Of a stretch of DNA of 64,000 bases, positions 39,149-48,804 are shown piece by piece. Below the pieces are notes generated by a model. That model saw only the letters and a program-made list of their open reading frames with translations, ran no database searches and was not told where the DNA came from. Source of the DNA: an uncultured Butyrivibrio sp. (GTDB lineage Bacteria; Bacillota; Clostridia; Lachnospirales; Lachnospiraceae); assembly GCA_964405265.1 (NCBI GenBank), contig CAYONC010000006.1, forward strand, positions 38,174 to 102,173, given 5' to 3'. Both the position numbers and the translations under genes were made by a program. The stretch's first letter is position 1. The number at the start of each line of letters is the position of its first letter.

Positions 39149-40645
39149 TTATTTAATCATTTCCAGACACCCCATAAGAACCATTGCAGATTCTGCCGAA
39201 TACAGCGGGTACGCTCTGCCTGAATCAACTATTTCTCCATATTTTTCAAGGTAGGAAAGAAGCTTATCCTCTGATTTCATTCTGGCACCGAGATATGCAA
39301 AGCTTCCCCAACAGAAGGAATCAACTCCCTTGGTAACATAATCCATATCCTGCCAGTCCCATGTATTGCAGAGTCCTTCATATAATGTCTGTGCATATTC
39401 CGAATCCGGCAGTGCAATTCCGTATATTACCGGATATATCTGTGCCGTTGCACACGGATAAAATGCATCCCACGAAAATTCATATCCCGTATATTCAGTG
39501 TAATCAGGATTAAGCACGGATGCATAATGATCTCCCTTCCACCAGTGCTCATTAAAGTTTTCATTGTAAAAATCAAGAGCTTTGCTGATTTTCTCATACA
39601 TTTCCATGTCATCAATTATATTCTCATATATGTATAATGCTCCATTGAGACCTGCATACACTTCTGCATTATCCATAAGGTATATTATTGCATAATCAGG
39701 CTTTGAATATGTATATCCGTTATCAGACATTGTCGCAAACATTACATTAACAATATCCTTAATCCGGTCTTCATGCTTAATTATATATTCCGTTCCTTCA
39801 TATGTCATGGCATAATCCGCCAGAGCCTTAATAAACAGTGCACTGTATGAATCAGTGGAATCGTATGTATTCCTTGAACTTTCACTTACGACAGCTCCGT
39901 TTTCAATGATAACATCATAATCATATATCGTACCCGCAAGTCCGTTGTAATCCTCTTCTGCCGAATTAATATGTGAGAAATGCCAGTCAAAATATTCTTC
40001 AATTCTGCTCTTTGCTTCATATGAAGCATCATAATTAATCAATGCAATGGCAACTATTTCACTGAAATAAGGATTAACATATACGCTTCCGTTATCAGCA
40101 TTATAAAAGGCAAATGCTCCGTTCGACAACTGCTGCTCCCACAGCCATTCTGCTTCTCCGGAAGCAACCTTCTCATACATTGAAAGCTGCCATGCCTTTT
40201 CCGTCTCCGCTTCCGTCTCTGCTTCCGTCTCAGCTTCCGTTTCCGGCTCCGTCTCCGCTTCCGTCTCTGCTTCCGTCTCAGCTTCCGTTTCCGGCTCCGT
40301 CTCCGCTTCCGTCTCTGCCTCCGTCGGTGCTTCCGTCTCTGCCTCCGTCTCTGCTTCCGTCTCTGTTTCCGTTTCCGGCTCCGTCTCTGCTTCCGTCTCT
40401 GCTTCCGTCTCCGGCTCCGTCTCTGCTTCCGTCTCCGGCTCCGTCTCTGCTTCCGTATTATCCTTACCAAACAGCTTCTTTAAGAAGCCTGATATTGCTG
40501 ACAGCCCCCTGCCGTTATTTCCCGAAGCCGAATATGAAACCGTTCTCTCCGCTGCTCCTGCACTTACGGCACGCGGTAACATGTTAAATAAAAATGTTAC
40601 TGTTACGGCAATTATTACAATTATTGGAATTAAACGTTTCTTCAT
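39149..40645 (-). CDS. Secreted/anchored protein: ETEA/ETEP acidic stalk plus putative six-hairpin glycosidase-like domain
   Basis: ATG 40645 after GGAGG; TM; repeat; NPYF, GTIYDY, YDSTDSYSALF, YLMDNAEVY shared with 40895..42277. Confidence 0.7.
   Translation of the reverse strand: MKKRLIPIIVIIAVTVTFLFNMLPRAVSAGAAERTVSYSASGNNGRGLSAISGFLKKLFGKDNTEAETEPETEAETEPETEAETEAETEPETETETEAETEAETEAPTEAETEAETEPETEAETEAETEAETEPETEAETEAETEAETEKAWQLSMYEKVASGEAEWLWEQQLSNGAFAFYNADNGSVYVNPYFSEIVAIALINYDASYEAKSRIEEYFDWHFSHINSAEEDYNGLAGTIYDYDVIIENGAVVSESSRNTYDSTDSYSALFIKALADYAMTYEGTEYIIKHEDRIKDIVNVMFATMSDNGYTYSKPDYAIIYLMDNAEVYAGLNGALYIYENIIDDMEMYEKISKALDFYNENFNEHWWKGDHYASVLNPDYTEYTGYEFSWDAFYPCATAQIYPVIYGIALPDSEYAQTLYEGLCNTWDWQDMDYVTKGVDSFCWGSFAYLGARMKSEDKLLSYLEKYGEIVDSGRAYPLYSAESAMVLMGCLEMIK
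40200..40457. repeat. In-frame 12-bp tandem repeat, about 21 copies (ETEA/ETEP)
   Basis: ccgtctctgctt / ccgtctccggct-type units head to tail. Confidence 0.95.
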
Positions 40646-40713
40646 ATCAGTGTCCTCCGGAATTTTCAACTGCTACGGGGACACATATACAAATGTTCCG
40701 CTGATTCCATGTC

Positions 40714-40750
40714 ATAAAAAAAACTGTTAAAGTGTTACCTTTAACAGCTG
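40714..40750 (-). terminator. Attenuator terminator downstream of the c-di-GMP riboswitch
   Basis: ctgttaaag-gtaaca-ctttaacag followed by a long T run on the minus strand. Confidence 0.8.
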
Positions 40751-40759
40751 TTATACATG

Positions 40760-40838
40760 GAATTGCAACTGGCTGCCATTTTAAAGGCCCTATAGCTTTG
40801 CGTCACAGATTTTCATCTGCTTTGCCAAATATTTAACT
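40760..40838 (-). ncRNA. c-di-GMP-I (GEMM) riboswitch
   Basis: GGCAAA-gcagat-GAAA-atctgt-GACGCAAAGCTATAGGG...ATGGCAGCCAGTTGC matches the GEMM consensus. Confidence 0.93.
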
Positions 40839-40894
40839 TCTTAATTCCAGTTTACCTTATATAGAAAAAAATAATATAGGAAATTAGTACCATT

Positions 40895-42277
40895 TTAGGG
40901 CAGAATACCCATTTCTTCTATTGTCTGACGGTAATCATGAATTTCCTCACAGGCAAGTATATACCATACCGCATCCCCCAGATAAAACGGATAACCTCTG
41001 TCATCAACATTTCTGCCATAATATTCAATGTATCCGTCTGCTCCGGAATAATCTCCCATTTTAACCGCGGCATAACATATAAGCGACCATGTGGTATTGG
41101 CTTGCGCATCATTACCGTAATCCATTTCAGTCCAGTTCCAGTAAGAATTGAACAGTGTGTACAGCCGCTGTGAAAGCTCATCCGCCGCTTCCGTAATCTC
41201 AAACATGACGGGAAACAGCTGCGGCAGTACATATCCGTACAATTCCTGCCACTTCATCACACTGCCATAAAAAGGATTTCCGTATACGTCCAGAACCGGA
41301 TAATAAAAGCCTTCTTCATCCTTCCATGTATCCTGAAAATTTTTTTCAAATTCATACACGGCATTTTCAAGTCTTTCCTTCATTATGTCATCATTATATA
41401 CTTCTCCGTACAGTTCAAGAGCTGACTTAAGCCCCTGATATACCTCGGCATTATTCATGAGATACTTAATTCCGCTGCCGTTATATGACTCCGAATATCC
41501 GTTATCCGTCAGTGAAAGAAGCAATTCCGCGACCATATCCGTTTTTGTTTTTTCGGACAAAATAATATCACCGCTCCGGTACGTTTCATAATACTTATTT
41601 AAGAGCATAAAAAACACTGCACCGTATGAATCAGCCGAATCATATGTATACAGCGGTTTTTCGTATATTACCGTATTTCCGTCCGTTACGGCTTCATAAT
41701 CATATACCGTTCCGGTCGAACCGTATACGTCGCTCTCCATATTTATATGCGCATAATACCATGCAATGAATTTTTCTGCATAAGTCTTCATTGAACCGTC
41801 ATAATCACAGGTCACAACGGCATATGCCGCATAACATCCAAAATACGGATTAATTCTTGCTTTCATTCCTTCCTCAGGCTCATAGCATGAAAAGCTTCCG
41901 TCTGACAGACTTAACGTTTTCAGCCACTCACATTCATCCATTGCCTTCTGATGATATGATTCCGATACGGACTCATATACGCATACACTGCACGTAAACT
42001 GCTTCTTATCTTCCGTCACGCATTTTATCGTCGCTGTCCCCGGACTGTGCCCCGTAACGGTTCCGTCAGAGACGGTTGCCGTTTCAGGGTTGTCGGACTC
42101 CCACAGACATACTCCGTCATAATTATTAATACAGAGCAGTTTGGAGTGTCCGGTATATAAAATCATATTATCCGAATTTATAAATACGTCATTTTTTATT
42201 ATCTGACCCGATATAAAAAAAATCACTCCGGTTACCGACAAAATTAAGGCTGCTGCAAAAAGAAACTTTTTAATCAT
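40895..42277 (-). CDS. Anchored protein: Ig-like (Big_2) plus putative six-hairpin glycosidase-like domain
   Basis: N-terminal TM; WESDNPETATVSDGTVTG Big_2; NPYF, GTVYDY, YDSADSYGAVF, YLMNNAEVY. Confidence 0.72.
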   Translation of the reverse strand: MIKKFLFAAALILSVTGVIFFISGQIIKNDVFINSDNMILYTGHSKLLCINNYDGVCLWESDNPETATVSDGTVTGHSPGTATIKCVTEDKKQFTCSVCVYESVSESYHQKAMDECEWLKTLSLSDGSFSCYEPEEGMKARINPYFGCYAAYAVVTCDYDGSMKTYAEKFIAWYYAHINMESDVYGSTGTVYDYEAVTDGNTVIYEKPLYTYDSADSYGAVFFMLLNKYYETYRSGDIILSEKTKTDMVAELLLSLTDNGYSESYNGSGIKYLMNNAEVYQGLKSALELYGEVYNDDIMKERLENAVYEFEKNFQDTWKDEEGFYYPVLDVYGNPFYGSVMKWQELYGYVLPQLFPVMFEITEAADELSQRLYTLFNSYWNWTEMDYGNDAQANTTWSLICYAAVKMGDYSGADGYIEYYGRNVDDRGYPFYLGDAVWYILACEEIHDYRQTIEEMGILP

Positions 42278-43379
42278 TATTCTCCAATATATCTGCTATT
42301 TTTTTGCTTGCAGTTCCGTCTCCGTACGGATTTACCGCATTACTCATTGCGCTGTACGCTTCTTTATCGCTCAAAAGTCTGTCAAATTCTTCATATATCG
42401 TATCTTCTTCCGTTCCGACCAGCTTGAGCGTTCCTGCTTCAACACCCTCCGGACGTTCCGTTGTATCCCTCATTACAAGGACAGGTTTTCCGAGACTCGG
42501 GGCTTCCTCCTGTATTCCGCCGCTGTCCGTAAGAATCAGATAACTTTCTGAGAGAAAATTATGGAAATCCAGAACATCCAACGGCTCTATAATGTGTATT
42601 CTGTCACATGTTCCGAGTATTTTATCCGCCGTTTCCCGCACAACCGGATTCATGTGTATAGGATAAACCGCCTTAACGTCATCATACTTTTCAATGATGC
42701 GTCTGATTGCACGAAACATTCTTTCCATCGGTTCTCCCAGATTTTCCCTTCTGTGAGCCGTTATCACGATAAGTCTGCTTCCTTTTGCCCAATCAAGCTC
42801 CGGATGCGCATAATCTTTCCTTACCGTGGTTTTTAATGCATCAATCGCAGTATTTCCCGTTACATATATTGTCGATTCGTCTTTACCTTCACAGATAAGG
42901 TTCTGTCTTGATTTTTCTGTCGGTGCAAAATGATATGCTGCCATAATTCCGACCGCCTGACGGTTAAATTCCTCAGGGTAAGGTGAATATATATTGTGTG
43001 TTCTCAGTCCTGCTTCAACATGACCTACTTTGATTCTTAAATAAAAGCATGCCAATGCGGTAACAAATGTAGTAGTGGTATCCCCATGTACCAGTACGAG
43101 TTCCGGATTTTCTTTTTCAAGAACTTCTTTTATGCTGTCCAGTATGTTAACCGTAACATCAAACAGGGTCTGGTTATCCTTCATAATGGAAAGATCATAA
43201 TCAGGCTCAACATCAAATGCTTTCAGTACCTGATCAAGCATCTGTCTGTGCTGCCCCGTTACACACACCTTGGTATCAATACTTTCCCTGCTTTTCAATT
43301 CATTTACAAGCGGACACATTTTAATTGCTTCAGGTCTTGTGCCAAATACGACCATTATCTTTTTTTTCAATTTTCTCAC
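42270..43379 (-). CDS. wecB: UDP-N-acetylglucosamine 2-epimerase (non-hydrolysing)
   Basis: VFGTRPEAIKM, TGQHR, VHGDT, HVEAGLRT, HRREN, TDSGGIQEEAP. Confidence 0.97.
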   Translation of the reverse strand: MRKLKKKIMVVFGTRPEAIKMCPLVNELKSRESIDTKVCVTGQHRQMLDQVLKAFDVEPDYDLSIMKDNQTLFDVTVNILDSIKEVLEKENPELVLVHGDTTTTFVTALACFYLRIKVGHVEAGLRTHNIYSPYPEEFNRQAVGIMAAYHFAPTEKSRQNLICEGKDESTIYVTGNTAIDALKTTVRKDYAHPELDWAKGSRLIVITAHRRENLGEPMERMFRAIRRIIEKYDDVKAVYPIHMNPVVRETADKILGTCDRIHIIEPLDVLDFHNFLSESYLILTDSGGIQEEAPSLGKPVLVMRDTTERPEGVEAGTLKLVGTEEDTIYEEFDRLLSDKEAYSAMSNAVNPYGDGTASKKIADILENND

Positions 43380-43396
43380 CGTTTTATCTTTCTATT

Positions 43397-44593
43397 TTAG
43401 TTACATAATTTTTCCATTTCCCCTCCAAAGCTTGAGCCGCATACCAGCCCGGCAAGTGATATTACAAAATCATCAATTTCATAATCGTCTACAATCCCCA
43501 GCAGTGCTTCTTTACCACCGCTGAAAGTTCTCGGATCAACCATTACTATGGTATTATACTGTTCCACCATCCACGGAACCATGGCGTTACCATATGAATC
43601 ATTTATCATAAGCAGATTGCTGCCCTCTTTATTTCCGCCTTCAATGGCAACATACTGGTATGATCTCTCAATAAAGGTATAATATCCTGCCCTTTCCTCG
43701 TCCAGTACCGGCTCATACACACTCTCCGTTATATCCGCACCTTCAACTCCATACGCATACTCATATATGTTGTCAGCACATTCATAATATGTAAATTTCT
43801 CAGGCTTAATGTCTGACACGTTTGATGAATACATTACAGCAAGATATCCGAGGAAATCACCCATATCTACTTCATTATAATTATCCGGAAGCACAAGTTC
43901 CCTGCCCATTACCGCAAGAAGTGCATTCGCACCGAAGCTTGCACCATGAGCCGTCCAGTGATGATCCGTTTTAAAGAATATCCTGTCAATCCCGACCACT
44001 TCCATTGCCTGCTTTATCAGTGAATAAGAATCAACAAGGATTACATCCTTATTAATGCAGGAATATATTCCGTAAATGGATTCAAGCTGACTGTCCGAAT
44101 ATTTTTTATATTCATCATCCTCAAACTCAATTCTCGTAGGAGTAATCATCATGTATTTGTTAACATTTTCCGGCATCATATCAAAAAGGCTGTTGCTTGC
44201 ATTCACAATACTTTCCAGATAATCCTGGTTATATATGTACAGTGCAAGGATTCTGTCTTCAAGTATAAGCGCATCCGAGCCTATATCCTGCCTGTTGGAA
44301 TCCGATTTAAACACCTTAATGCTCTGTTCTTTTCTGAGCAGTGACTCGAAATCAGAAGCGTTCTTAATTATACTGTTTCTAAGAAGAACGTGGTCATTTA
44401 AATATGCATCAAGCTCCGTCATAAAGCTTCCGTCAAACCAGCTGTCTACGGAAAACTCAGGTTTTCCCGCAAGTGTTCTGTTTTCTTTCTCGGATACCGT
44501 ATTTTTGTCCCAGAAAGAATAAACGGAAAACACGCTTATGGCCGCCAGCGTAATTATCATCATCGCAAAGCTTATTACTTTACCTGTTTTCAT
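43397..44593 (-). CDS. DHHW/AlgJ-AlgX-like extracytoplasmic O-acetyltransferase partner
   Basis: N-terminal TM, ENRTLA.KP, FFKTDHHWT, INDSYGN. Confidence 0.85.
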   Translation of the reverse strand: MKTGKVISFAMMIITLAAISVFSVYSFWDKNTVSEKENRTLAGKPEFSVDSWFDGSFMTELDAYLNDHVLLRNSIIKNASDFESLLRKEQSIKVFKSDSNRQDIGSDALILEDRILALYIYNQDYLESIVNASNSLFDMMPENVNKYMMITPTRIEFEDDEYKKYSDSQLESIYGIYSCINKDVILVDSYSLIKQAMEVVGIDRIFFKTDHHWTAHGASFGANALLAVMGRELVLPDNYNEVDMGDFLGYLAVMYSSNVSDIKPEKFTYYECADNIYEYAYGVEGADITESVYEPVLDEERAGYYTFIERSYQYVAIEGGNKEGSNLLMINDSYGNAMVPWMVEQYNTIVMVDPRTFSGGKEALLGIVDDYEIDDFVISLAGLVCGSSFGGEMEKLCN

Positions 44594-44603
44594 AATCTTC
44601 CTC

Positions 44604-46004
44604 CTAAAATCTGAAATATAAGAAAGGATTATATGTCTGATTTAATATCAGCATAAAACACAATGCCGCCATGGCACAGAATGTAACACTCCTTGCAATG
44701 TTTCCGACAGTTGTATTTTCCTTAAATATACGTCCGCATATTTTTGCCGGCAGAGGCGTACATGCAATTATCATCACAGGTATGGTCCAGAAATATTTGT
44801 ATATTATGGTCTGCTCTGCAATGGAGAGATTAATGTTTCCGCCTGCTCCAAACATTATCATGGTTGATTTTATCAGTTTCCCTATATCTTCAAAATAGAA
44901 TAACGACATACTGTAGACAACAATAATCATTACAAGAAGATTTCCTGCCACGGGAATTTTGGAAGTATCAAACCCAATCTTCTTCAAGTATTTTTCAATC
45001 GTAAGCATCACGAAAAAGAACAATCCCCATATGACATAATTCCAGCTTGCTCCATGCCACAGGCCGGTAAGAAACCATACCACAAATGTATTCAATACCT
45101 GATGTTTTCTGTTTCCCCCTAATGGAATATATACATAATCCCTGAAAAATGTTCCCAGTGAAATATGCCATCTTCTCCAGAAATCAGAAATGGAGTTCGC
45201 CATATACGGATAATTGAAGTTTTCCTTAAAATCAAATCCAAATACCCTGCCCAGTCCGATTGCCATATCGGAATATCCTGAAAAGTCAAAGTACAGCTGA
45301 ATTGTGAACATTATGACACCAATCCACAATGCCTTGGTTGAAATACCGTCAAAGCCGTTAACTAAAAGAGAAGTTGCAATGCTTCCGGCATAATTCGCAA
45401 ATATTACCTTTTTCCCGAGTCCTATTGCAAAACGGAACATACCGTTAATAAATCCCTGTACGCTCTCACGTCTGTCCTGTATCTGCTCATCTATGTCAGA
45501 ATATCTTACAATCGGTCCGGCAATAAGCTGCGGAAACATGGAAATATACAGCAGAAGATTCAGATAGCTCTTCTGTACTTTTGCATCACCTCTGTATACG
45601 TCAATAACATATGTAAGTGCCTGGAAGGTAAAAAAAGAAATACCGATAGGCATCGAAATTTCCGTTAACGGTATATTAAGCTTCGTAACCGAATTTACCG
45701 ATGTTATCACAAAATCAAGATACTTAACCACAAACAGCATCAGAAGATTTATAACCACGGATGCAATAAGAAGTCCTTTTTTCTTAGCAGGATCATTTAT
45801 TTTTTCAAATTTTCCGGCAATAACAAAATCCACAAAGGTAAGCACAAGCAGTGCAAATATCCACTTAGGTTCACCCCATGCATAGAATATTACGGAAGTC
45901 AGCAGCAGCACAAGGTTCCTGCCTTTTCTGTTTTTTATCAGAAAATATAAAATTAATACAACAGGCAAAAATATGCCCATGAATATAACACTTGAAAAAA
46001 CCAT
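44604..46004 (-). CDS. MBOAT O-acyltransferase (AlgI/DltB family)
   Basis: MVFSS, PIGISFFTFQ, FPQLIAGPI, YFDFSGYSDMAIG, FWRRWHISL, LWHGA. Confidence 0.95.
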   Translation of the reverse strand: MVFSSVIFMGIFLPVVLILYFLIKNRKGRNLVLLLTSVIFYAWGEPKWIFALLVLTFVDFVIAGKFEKINDPAKKKGLLIASVVINLLMLFVVKYLDFVITSVNSVTKLNIPLTEISMPIGISFFTFQALTYVIDVYRGDAKVQKSYLNLLLYISMFPQLIAGPIVRYSDIDEQIQDRRESVQGFINGMFRFAIGLGKKVIFANYAGSIATSLLVNGFDGISTKALWIGVIMFTIQLYFDFSGYSDMAIGLGRVFGFDFKENFNYPYMANSISDFWRRWHISLGTFFRDYVYIPLGGNRKHQVLNTFVVWFLTGLWHGASWNYVIWGLFFFVMLTIEKYLKKIGFDTSKIPVAGNLLVMIIVVYSMSLFYFEDIGKLIKSTMIMFGAGGNINLSIAEQTIIYKYFWTIPVMIIACTPLPAKICGRIFKENTTVGNIARSVTFCAMAALCFMLILNQTYNPFLYFRF

Positions 46005-46007
46005 CTT

Positions 46008-47510
46008 CTATCCCTCTTCTTTCCAAAAGGCTGCATATCCGGTACTTTCCACTTCAGGCAGCATACCCATGTCAAGCGATTTACACTTTGCAAAACAGTA
46101 ATCTCCAATTTCCCTGAGTCTGCTGTTTCCTTCAAAAATAATATTTTTTAGATTTGCACACCCAAAGAAGGCATAATCGCCTATTCTTTCCACGCTTTCA
46201 GGAATAATTACCGTTTCGAGCATGTCACAGTCATAAAACATGCTGTTTTTAATCTCTGCTGCTCCGTCAGGAAATTTTACCTTCGTCAGTTTGTCATTGT
46301 TTCTAAAAGCATAATAATCCGTCTGCTCATAATTCTCAAGATTATTAAGATTCAGAAAGCCGTCAGCCGATATATTGCACTTTATACCCTCAAACAATCC
46401 GGCATTCTTATTTACAACGATATCTTTTTCATCAATTATTACATTTTCGGATACTTCAACCACACCGGCAAAATCACTGCGTTCAATAATCTCTCCGACA
46501 TTTTCACATCCGACATACCCGTATATTATCGTGCCCTCGGTAATAACCATGCTTACCCTTGATATTGCTGATTTAATCCTTCCTGTTTTACCAATCGTAA
46601 CATCCGGACCTATGTAAAGATTTTCAGAAGCAAAAACATTGCCCAGAATCTTTACCCCCTGCTCGATAATTATGCATCCGTCAGCAAATACATTACCGGT
46701 AATCACGGTATTATTCTTTATATGTATGCTTCCATCCGATTTCAGGTCCCCATATACGACCGCACCTGCTTCAATGGTCAGATCATAACCTGTTATTATC
46801 GTATGCTTAAATTCCTGTTCTCTTCCAACCTGCCGTATATCTCTTTTAATTTTCATGTAAACAGGGGCTTCTCTGTTGATTAACATCTCATCACACGGAC
46901 TGTCGCTTACACGGACATAGTTTCTCATTTCAATTACCGGAGCATACAGTCTTTTAAATCTGCAATGAGGTTCAATTATGAGCCTTTCACCTGATGATAC
47001 GCTTTTTCCGGCATTGGTTCCCTTTTTTATGACTGTAAACAGCTTGCCGTCCGCCCATCTCTGTATCTCTGAATTTTCTCCGATAATCACATTCTTCTCG
47101 CCGGCAACGGCACGCAGCACGGTATTTCCTGCAAACTCAACGCTGTCAGCTGCATAGATTTCCTTTTCAAAAACGGTTTTAACCTTAAATTCCGCTTTGT
47201 TGCTGATGTAACATATGTTTTTGACTTTTTCGCCAAGCGGCTCTCTGCCGTTCCAGAAAATAATTTTTTCACTCTTGGACAGTCTCACGGTTTCCACAAC
47301 GCTCTGACCGTTTTCCGGAATTTTTACCGGTTCAACACCTGCCATAAGCTGTCTGAATGAATTGGAAAAATATCTGGCATCTTTTACATTATCATTTTTT
47401 ACCATCAGTGACTTTTCCGTACCTGCATTATATTTAATCCTCTTAGAAAGCATAAAGGGAAAAATAAAAAGCAGTATAAATATAATACAAACTATAATCA
47501 ATGGAATCAT
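46008..47510 (-). CDS. Anchored protein with beta-helix/bactofilin-like repeats and C-terminal BspA-type LRR
   Basis: TM; repeated I..GAVVYGDL / ITGNVFADG / ILGNVFASE; C-terminal VIIPESVERIGDYAFFGCANL repeats. Confidence 0.62.
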   Translation of the reverse strand: MIPLIIVCIIFILLFIFPFMLSKRIKYNAGTEKSLMVKNDNVKDARYFSNSFRQLMAGVEPVKIPENGQSVVETVRLSKSEKIIFWNGREPLGEKVKNICYISNKAEFKVKTVFEKEIYAADSVEFAGNTVLRAVAGEKNVIIGENSEIQRWADGKLFTVIKKGTNAGKSVSSGERLIIEPHCRFKRLYAPVIEMRNYVRVSDSPCDEMLINREAPVYMKIKRDIRQVGREQEFKHTIITGYDLTIEAGAVVYGDLKSDGSIHIKNNTVITGNVFADGCIIIEQGVKILGNVFASENLYIGPDVTIGKTGRIKSAISRVSMVITEGTIIYGYVGCENVGEIIERSDFAGVVEVSENVIIDEKDIVVNKNAGLFEGIKCNISADGFLNLNNLENYEQTDYYAFRNNDKLTKVKFPDGAAEIKNSMFYDCDMLETVIIPESVERIGDYAFFGCANLKNIIFEGNSRLREIGDYCFAKCKSLDMGMLPEVESTGYAAFWKEEG

Positions 47511-47511
47511 C

Positions 47512-48804
47512 CTAATTCTCCTCTTCTAATGTTCCGCCGCTTCCGTCATTATCATTATTTCTCTTAGTCTTCGCCCACTTGACTTTTCTGTTGGTTATAC
47601 GGTCCACAACAGCATCAATAAATCCAAGCGATATGTACCACATATAAAAATAAAAGCTGAAACAGAGCTGAGGAAGTGCAAGCATATCCTCTTCCATGCC
47701 GTCAATGAAAGCACCTGCACCGATTTCAAAAAACGGAGCAAAGTTACCCCATGCATTGTACATACCCACAGCAAGCATGACACCCCATCCTGCCAGTATA
47801 CTCATCCTGCCCATAAAGAACAGTATGAGACAGTCTATCTGTGCAACAGCAAGGAGAAAAGGGACCGCATAAACCAGAAGAAGCAGCATACCGTCTATTC
47901 TCTCTCGCGCCTTAATTTTCCGTGAAAAAAGGAACTTAAAAAAATACTTAAACAATACTTCGTTATGTCCTCTTGACCATCTTCTTATCTGTTTTCCCCT
48001 GACCTGCCATGTTTCCGGTGATTCTTCATAACACTCCGCACTGTTGTCATATACGACATTCCAGCCTTCGGAATAAAGTCTGTATGTCAGCTCGGTATCC
48101 TCTGCAAGTACCTTGGTGTCAAATCCGCCCGTAGCAAGCATGAAGCTCTTTCTGAATCCTCCGACCGTTCCGCCGTACTGCGGAAGAAGTCTCAGATTAT
48201 ATCTTGCCTGCTGGTCAATCTGATATCCGCCCGAACGCTCCAGGTTAAGGAGAACCGTTAACAGATTCTTCTTCGCATTAATCGGAATAACCCTGCCCAT
48301 TACCGCACCCACCTTAGGGTCCTTAAAAGCTGATGCAAGCTTTTTAATAAGGTTCTTTGACGGTCTGTAATCTGCATCAAATACAACAATTACTTCACCC
48401 GTGGCAATCTGCAGTGCATCATTAAGTCCTACCGGCTTGCCTCTCTCACCCTCGCCACGACGGTGTATGACTTTAATAAAAGGATACTTTTCATGATAAG
48501 AATCCACTATCTCAGCCGTTCTGTCCTCGGAATGGTCATCTATCGCAATTATTTCAAATTTATCCATGTCATAATCACATTTCAGCAGCGACTCCATCAC
48601 ATTGGTAACCACTGCCTCTTCATTATGCATGGGTACCATAACCGTAACCCTTGGTAAATCACTGTCATATATATCCCTGTATGATACCCTCTGCCTTGAA
48701 AAGAGTCTGTTATATGTAAACCTGAAATGTCTGACTGCATATATTATCATCAGTACAGCCGTGAAAATTAAATATCCGTGCAAAATCTTTATGACCATTT
48801 CCAT
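47512..48804 (-). CDS. Processive-type GT2 synthase (IcaA/PgaC/BcsA-like), no PilZ seen
   Basis: VPMHNE, DDHSED, GKPVGLN, FDAD, LAEDTEL, QIRRWSRG (QxxRW); flanking TMs. Confidence 0.88.
   Translation of the reverse strand: MEMVIKILHGYLIFTAVLMIIYAVRHFRFTYNRLFSRQRVSYRDIYDSDLPRVTVMVPMHNEEAVVTNVMESLLKCDYDMDKFEIIAIDDHSEDRTAEIVDSYHEKYPFIKVIHRRGEGERGKPVGLNDALQIATGEVIVVFDADYRPSKNLIKKLASAFKDPKVGAVMGRVIPINAKKNLLTVLLNLERSGGYQIDQQARYNLRLLPQYGGTVGGFRKSFMLATGGFDTKVLAEDTELTYRLYSEGWNVVYDNSAECYEESPETWQVRGKQIRRWSRGHNEVLFKYFFKFLFSRKIKARERIDGMLLLLVYAVPFLLAVAQIDCLILFFMGRMSILAGWGVMLAVGMYNAWGNFAPFFEIGAGAFIDGMEEDMLALPQLCFSFYFYMWYISLGFIDAVVDRITNRKVKWAKTKRNNDNDGSGGTLEEEN

Noticed and set aside
40054-40587. Arg-rich and Pro/Ser-rich ORFs (40054..40470, 40114..40587)
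   Set aside because: Alternative-frame shadows of the ETEA/ETEP repeat inside a better-supported gene
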